DNA of 24,000 nucleotides from Phycisphaerales bacterium (GTDB taxonomy: Bacteria; Planctomycetota; Phycisphaerae; Phycisphaerales; UBA1924), in contig JADJMV010000008.1 of the NCBI GenBank assembly GCA_016709445.1, positions 17,776 through 41,775 of the forward strand, in the 5' to 3' direction. Shown piece by piece: positions 19,733 to 24,000 of the stretch. Position numbers and translations under genes: made by a program. The notes beneath the pieces are model-generated. The model saw only the letters and a list, made by a program, of their open reading frames with translations, did no database searches and was not told the DNA's origin. How positions within the stretch are numbered: the stretch's first letter is position 1; each line of letters opens with the position of its first letter.

Positions 19733-21841
19733 ATGCATCCTCGCTCCAAACTCTGCCGCATCGCTCTGTTCGTCGTGTGCCCGGCCGCCGTGTCGATGGC
19801 TCAGACGCCGATTCTCGAACTCAACAAGATTCCGTCCGCGGCACGCCTGCACGACTGGCACGAGCTGGTCGCCAGCGAGCCGCACATCGCCGGCACGGAG
19901 GGCGACGCGCGCCAGATCGACCGGCTCGCGAGGGCGTTCCGGGATCTCGGACTGGAGACGGAGGTCCACGAGATCTGGCCTCTCCTCAGCTACCCGGTCT
20001 CGGCCGAGGTCGAGGTCCTCCACCCCTCTATCAAGCCGGGGACCGGCCTGCTCCCGCTGAAGGAGCAACCGCTGCCCGAGGACCCCTACTCCGGCGATCC
20101 GGGTCTCACTATTGGATTCAACGCCTACTCGGGGTCTGGCGAGGCCATCGGCCAGGTGGTCTACGCCAACTTCGGCACCAAGCAGGACTTCGAGAGGCTC
20201 GCCGAGCTTGGCGTGGATTGCCGCGGCAAGATTGTGATCGCTCGCTTCGGCGGCAATTTCCGGGGCCTCAAGGCCAAGTATGCGGAGGCCGCGGGCGCGG
20301 CCGGCCTGCTGATCTACCTCGACCCGGGCGATTCGGGTTACGTGAAGGGCGACGTCTATCCCGCCGGGGGCTGGCAGACCGACATGTGCATCCAGCGCGG
20401 GTCCATCGACCCGCTGGACTATCCGGGTGACCCGCTCACACCGTTCGTCGAGGCTACCCGTGACGCCGCCAGACTCGATCCCGAGGACGCGGGCCTGCCC
20501 ACCATCCCCGTCCAGCCGATCGGATGGGGGGCTGCACGGCAGATCCTGCTGCGGATGGAGGGAGATGAGGCGCCGCGGGAGTGGCAGGGTGGCCTCCCCA
20601 TGAGCTACCGCCTGACGGGCGGGCCCGACCTGCGCGTCCGGGTCGATGTGCGGCAGGAGAGACGGGTGGCGCGGACGGCCAGTGTGATCGGGCGTCTGCA
20701 GGGCGCCGAGTATCCGGACGAATGGGTGATCGTGGGCTGCCATCACGACGCGTGGAACTGCGGCGCCGCGGACCCCACGAGCGGCCTGATTTCCGAGCTC
20801 GAGGCCGCCCGGAGCTTTACCGAACTCGCCAAGGCCGGAGCACGCCCCAAGCGTTCGATTCTCTTCTGCGCCTGGGGCGCCGAGGAGTACGGCATGATCG
20901 GCAGCACCGAATGGGTCGAGGCGCACGCCGACGAACTCCGGCAGAAGGCCGTCGCGTACATCAATCTCGACATGGCCTCCATGGGGCCTCAGTTCGGCGC
21001 CGCGGCCACGCCCAGTGTGCGCCGCCTGGTCGAAGAGGCGGCCGGCCTGGTGCCCCAGGCGCGGTCGCCGGAGCAGTCGGTCTTGCAGGACTGGGTCTCC
21101 CGGTCTGCCCGGAACGACGATCCCTTGCGTCCCTCGATCGGCGACCTGGGTGGGGGGAGTGATCATGTCGGGTTCGTCTGCCACCTTGGGGTCCCCGGGA
21201 TATCGCTCGGGTGCGGTGGCTCGATGGGTTCGTCGTACCACACGGCGTTCGACAACCTGCACTGGTACCGGCAGGTGGTCGGTGAGGACTATGAGCCCGC
21301 CCTCATGATCGCCCGGATGACGAACGCGGTGGTCGGCAAGCTCGCGTATGACGCGCGCCTGCCGGTGGAGGTCGCCGCCGAGGCCCAGTTCATCGGGGAG
21401 CAACTCCGAGCGATCCGGGAGGATCCCCGTTTGCAGGGCGCGGTTGACCCCGGCGCGCTCAAAGCCACGATCGCGACGGCCGACAAAGCGGCCGCGGAGT
21501 GGCAGATCGTCGACGGGCTCCACGCCCAGGACGGCCCGACTGCGGGCGCGACGGCGCCGACGACCTTTCGGTCCCGGGCGTTGCGTGCGGCCCGGGACAC
21601 GCTGACGGTGCGGGAGGGTCTCCCGGACCGGCCCTGGTTCGAGAACCTGCTCATCGCGACCGACCCCACCTCGGGGTATGGCTCCTGGACGCTCCCGGGG
21701 CTGCGGGGCGCCATCGAGTCCGGCGATCCAGTTGCGATCGCGGAGGCGTTTGCGCGGCTGCGGTCTCGCCTCGAGCAACTGGCCCGGCTGGCCGAAGGCG
21801 TGCCCGGATCGGCTCGGGTCGACCCGCTCGCCGGCGGGTGA
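19733..21841 (+). CDS. Secreted M28-family metallopeptidase of the glutamate carboxypeptidase II / transferrin-receptor-like type (PA domain, M28 catalytic domain and C-terminal helical domain)
   Basis: Signal peptide MHPRSKLCRIALFVVCPAAVSMAQ. Zn-ligand contexts are VGCHHDAW, AADPTSG, AWGAEEYGMIGSTEW, YINLDM and GGSDHVGF. A PA-like insert is present (GKIVIARFGGNFRGLKAKYAEAAGAAGLLIY). I set the start at ATG 19733. The 110 upstream codons of the track ORF (from 19403) are R/P/G-rich and look non-coding. Confidence 0.9.
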   Translation: MHPRSKLCRIALFVVCPAAVSMAQTPILELNKIPSAARLHDWHELVASEPHIAGTEGDARQIDRLARAFRDLGLETEVHEIWPLLSYPVSAEVEVLHPSIKPGTGLLPLKEQPLPEDPYSGDPGLTIGFNAYSGSGEAIGQVVYANFGTKQDFERLAELGVDCRGKIVIARFGGNFRGLKAKYAEAAGAAGLLIYLDPGDSGYVKGDVYPAGGWQTDMCIQRGSIDPLDYPGDPLTPFVEATRDAARLDPEDAGLPTIPVQPIGWGAARQILLRMEGDEAPREWQGGLPMSYRLTGGPDLRVRVDVRQERRVARTASVIGRLQGAEYPDEWVIVGCHHDAWNCGAADPTSGLISELEAARSFTELAKAGARPKRSILFCAWGAEEYGMIGSTEWVEAHADELRQKAVAYINLDMASMGPQFGAAATPSVRRLVEEAAGLVPQARSPEQSVLQDWVSRSARNDDPLRPSIGDLGGGSDHVGFVCHLGVPGISLGCGGSMGSSYHTAFDNLHWYRQVVGEDYEPALMIARMTNAVVGKLAYDARLPVEVAAEAQFIGEQLRAIREDPRLQGAVDPGALKATIATADKAAAEWQIVDGLHAQDGPTAGATAPTTFRSRALRAARDTLTVREGLPDRPWFENLLIATDPTSGYGSWTLPGLRGAIESGDPVAIAEAFARLRSRLEQLARLAEGVPGSARVDPLAGG

Positions 21842-21884
21842 TCGGCCCCCCGCCCCACGCCGGACTTTTCCGCGCCCTCGCACC

Positions 21885-21921
21885 AAAAACGCGGCGGGCC
21901 GGCCCATTCGGACCGGCCCGC
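21885..21921 (-). terminator. Rho-independent-type terminator for the HU-like gene, lying between convergent genes
   Basis: Perfect 9-bp stem GCGGGCCGG...CCGGCCCGC (21894-21921), extendable by 2 more pairs across a bulge. On the minus strand it is followed by CGCG and then TTTTT (plus-strand A5 at 21885-21889). The hairpin starts 30 nt downstream of the HU stop at 21951. Confidence 0.55.
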
Positions 21922-21950
21922 GATGCACCATTTGGTCTGGGGTCGTGCGC

Positions 21951-22364
21951 TTACACGAGGTCCTTCATCGCCTTCATCGCCCGGATCTTGACGACGTTGC
22001 GGGCGGGCTTGGCCTTGAAGACCTGCTCTTCCTTGGTGAAGGGGTTGATGCCCTTGCGAGCCTTGGTGGCGGGCTTGCGCTGGACGGTCACCTTCATGAG
22101 GCCGCCGAGGTTGATCGTGCCGGGTCCGGTCTTGGACAGATCGGCCTTGGCCAGAGCCCCGATGGTGCTGAACACCGCCGCGACCTCCTTCTTGGAGATG
22201 CCGACGTTGTCGGCGATCACGCCATAGACCTCGCCTTTGGTGCGGGCCTTCTTGGCGGCGCTGATCTTGACCGCCTTGGGTGCGGCCTTGGGGGCGGGCT
22301 TGGCGGCCGCCTTTTTGCGGCCAGAGGTGCGGGAGGCCTTCTTCTTCGCTGCTTTCTTCGCCAT
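21951..22364 (-). CDS. HU/IHF-family DNA-binding protein with a Lys/Ala/Pro-rich (histone H1-like) N-terminal extension
   Basis: The HU fold is recognisable: GISKKEVAAVFSTIGALAKADL...INLGGLMKVTVQRKPATKARKGINPFTKEEQVFKAKPARNVVKIRAMKAMKDLV. It is preceded by MAKKAAKKKASRTSGRKKAAAKPAPKAAPKAVKISAAKKARTKGE. I set the start at ATG 22364, with GGAG 7-10 nt upstream. The 25 extra codons of the track ORF (up to 22439) look non-coding. Confidence 0.88.
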   Translation of the reverse strand: MAKKAAKKKASRTSGRKKAAAKPAPKAAPKAVKISAAKKARTKGEVYGVIADNVGISKKEVAAVFSTIGALAKADLSKTGPGTINLGGLMKVTVQRKPATKARKGINPFTKEEQVFKAKPARNVVKIRAMKAMKDLV

Positions 22365-22410
22365 GTCTGTTCTCCAAAAACTTCCGTGTTTGAGGCGGAA
22401 AACCGGCGGC

Positions 22411-22439
22411 GTTTTACCGCTGTTTCGCCCCGTCGGCAA
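22411..22439 (-). promoter_or_regulatory. Candidate sigma70-type promoter of the HU-like gene
   Basis: On the minus strand: TTGCCG (22439..22434), a 17-nt spacer, then TAAAAC (22416..22411). A-tracts lie further upstream (plus-strand T7 at 22463-22469 and T5 at 22475-22479). This is the most AT-rich patch in the window. It is a pattern match only. Confidence 0.25.
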
Positions 22440-22518
22440 CGGGGGAACGCCCGTTCACCCGCTTTTTTTCGGTCTTTTTGGTCCCGGGACTCGATTTTCG
22501 CCTGTATTGGAGGGTGTT

Positions 22519-23241
22519 TCAGCCCGCGTCGGCGATATCCACAACGACGGCCGCGTGGTCGCTCAAGCGGGCGCCGCCACCCGGCGCGATGACCCTTGCG
22601 GTGCCGAGCCGGGGCGCGAGCGTCCCCGAAACGAGCACATAGTCCAGGCGAAACGCCTCCCCCCGGTAGCTCTTCCAGGTTGCCCCCGATTCGGCGTCTT
22701 CCCCCGGGGACCATGCATCGGCGTACCCGAGCGAGGCCAGCCGGCCCAGGTTGGTCGCGGTTCCCCCCGTACGGCGGTAGTGCTCCGGCCCGTCGCGCCA
22801 TGTATTGAGATCGCCGGCCAGGACCGTCGGCGCATCCCGCAGCCGTCGTGCCTCGCGCAGCAGGTGACGCCACCCCTCGGCATGTGCCGTCCGCTTCCCA
22901 GCCTCGGGCAGGTGGATCCCCACGATCTGCATGTCCCCCCACCTGGGGACGGCCGCATGGAGCCAGCGGGGTTTCAGGACGGGGGGCAGACCCTCGGGCG
23001 CGACGCGATGGAGCGGCTCGCGCGAGACGAGCATGACGCCGTTCACGCCGTCGGGGGCCTCGGGGAGCAGGGCGTGCCCGAGGCCTCCATCGGCAAGGGC
23101 CCCCGCGATCTGGCCTGCGAATCGGCGTCTCGCCTCGGTCACGACCACCAAATCCGGCGCGTGTTCCAGGATCGCCATGGCGATGTGGGGGAGCCGCTCA
23201 CGGCCGCCGCCATGCAGGATGTTCCACGTCAGCACCCGCAC
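22519..23241 (-). CDS. Endonuclease/exonuclease/phosphatase (EEP, DNase I-like) family protein
   Basis: VRVLTWNILHGGG..., VLAGDLNTW and RLSDHAAVVVDI are typical EEP motifs. I prefer the GTG start at 23241 because GGGGGGAG lies about 7 nt upstream. The track ORF extends to 23310. Confidence 0.85.
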   Translation of the reverse strand: MRVLTWNILHGGGRERLPHIAMAILEHAPDLVVVTEARRRFAGQIAGALADGGLGHALLPEAPDGVNGVMLVSREPLHRVAPEGLPPVLKPRWLHAAVPRWGDMQIVGIHLPEAGKRTAHAEGWRHLLREARRLRDAPTVLAGDLNTWRDGPEHYRRTGGTATNLGRLASLGYADAWSPGEDAESGATWKSYRGEAFRLDYVLVSGTLAPRLGTARVIAPGGGARLSDHAAVVVDIADAG

Positions 23242-23294
23242 CGCGTCGCTCCCCCCCGACCGGTTCGCCCGGCCACCGTGTCTACCGTATCGCC

Positions 23295-24000
23295 ATGACG
23301 CAACCCCCACTTGCTTCCGGGGCGAGGGCCCAGATCGCGGTCACCCGATCGATCCCCGGTCGGCTCCAGGTCGCGGGCGCGGAGGTTCGCACCGGCCCCC
23401 GCGAGATGATGCCCCGCACGGCCCTCCTGGAGTTCATCCGGGATGCCGAAGTCGTGGTGACGATGTTCTCTGATCGCGTCGACGCGGAGTTCCTGCAGGC
23501 CGCCGGCCCCGGCCCCCGGGGTGTCTGCAACTTTGCTGTGGGCTACAACAACATCGACCTGGCGGCGTGCCGTTCGCGTGGGATCGTCGTGACCAATACG
23601 CCGAACGCGGTCACCGAGGGTACGGCCGACCTGGCATGGGCCCTGATCCTGGCGACGGCGCGACGTCTCGTCGAGGGCGATCGGTTCGCCCGATCCGGGG
23701 CCTGGGCCCGCGCCGGGATCCTCAGCATGGCTGATTTCCTGGGCGCCGATCTCACCGGGCGCACCCTGCTGATCGTGGGTGCCGGACGGATCGGGTTTGC
23801 GACGGCGATGCGGTCGATCGGCTGGGGGATGCGGGTGCTCTACACCGCCCGGAGCCGACACTGGGAGTTCGAGTTGGCCCCGCTGGCGGCCCGGCGTGTC
23901 GAGTTGGATGACGGGCTGCGTGAGGCCGATGTCGTGAGCCTGCACACCCCGCTCACGCCGGAGACCACCCATCTGCTCAGCAGGGAGCGTCTCGCGCTGA
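23295..24000 (+). CDS. D-isomer-specific 2-hydroxyacid dehydrogenase (glyoxylate/hydroxypyruvate reductase-like); the 3' end is cut off by the right window edge
   Basis: Not in the ORF track because it has no stop inside the window. Translation from ATG 23295 gives MTQPPLASGARAQIAVTRSIPG...GVCNFAVGYNNIDLAACRSRGIVVTNTPNAVTEGTADLAWALILATARR...GRTLLIVGAGRIGFATA (a GxGxxG Rossmann motif)...ADVVSLHTPLTPETTHLL. Confidence 0.9.
   Translation, partial: MTQPPLASGARAQIAVTRSIPGRLQVAGAEVRTGPREMMPRTALLEFIRDAEVVVTMFSDRVDAEFLQAAGPGPRGVCNFAVGYNNIDLAACRSRGIVVTNTPNAVTEGTADLAWALILATARRLVEGDRFARSGAWARAGILSMADFLGADLTGRTLLIVGAGRIGFATAMRSIGWGMRVLYTARSRHWEFELAPLAARRVELDDGLREADVVSLHTPLTPETTHLLSRERLAL

Noticed and set aside
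19655-21931. 758-aa minus-strand ORF antisense to the M28 peptidase
   Set aside because: Same GC-driven artefact. The sense strand has complete M28 zinc-ligand motifs.
22438-22469. Plus-strand hairpin AACGGG-ggaacg-CCCGTT followed by T7, resembling a rho-independent terminator
   Set aside because: No plus-strand gene ends upstream of it. The T-runs are better read as minus-strand A-tracts upstream of the HU-like gene promoter.

Overview
Very GC-rich bacterial chromosomal segment. Codon third positions are almost all G/C, so the ORF track is full of long spurious antisense and alternate-frame ORFs. I can support 14 protein-coding genes. I found no rRNA, tRNA, CRISPR array or mobile element. 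Layout: (i) A co-directional minus-strand block. It runs from an exported 1465-aa GH38 alpha-mannosidase-family enzyme (5841-10238) to a HupE/UreJ_2 membrane protein (4523-5752). Next is a ChlI-like AAA+ ATPase (2931-4382), coupled by a GTGA overlap to a VWA/MIDAS protein (1183-2934). Last is a signal-peptide protein of unknown family that runs off the left edge (1-1073, absent from the ORF track). (ii) Divergent from GH38, a self-contained fructose-family PTS operon: EIIC (10541-11674), EIIB (11709-12008) and a fused HPr-EI-EIIA multiphosphoryl transfer protein (12029-14662 as read). (iii) A convergent minus-strand pair: pyruvate:ferredoxin oxidoreductase nifJ (15623-19185) and a dihydroorotate-dehydrogenase-like gene (14620-15626), coupled by an ATGA overlap. 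(iv) A 547-bp non-coding divergent region. (v) A GCPII/PSMA-like M28 peptidase (19733-21841), an HU-family protein with a Lys/Ala/Pro-rich N-terminal tail (21951-22364), an EEP-family enzyme (22519-23241), and a D-2-hydroxyacid dehydrogenase that runs off the right edge (23295-24000, absent from the ORF track). Most notable observations: an orphan AAA+/VWA chelatase-like pair sits next to the HupE/UreJ_2 protein and is the best candidate for an under-described system. A GH38 plus Fru-PTS pairing recalls E. coli mngAB but with an exported enzyme. Three single-nucleotide indels in G/C runs disrupt three neighbouring genes (PTS MTP C-terminus, DHOD-like gene, nifJ). Twin identical 12-bp palindromic elements lie upstream of the PTS operon. 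The source may be a Planctomycetota-like or other high-GC Gram-negative organism, but that is a low-confidence guess I cannot verify from sequence alone.
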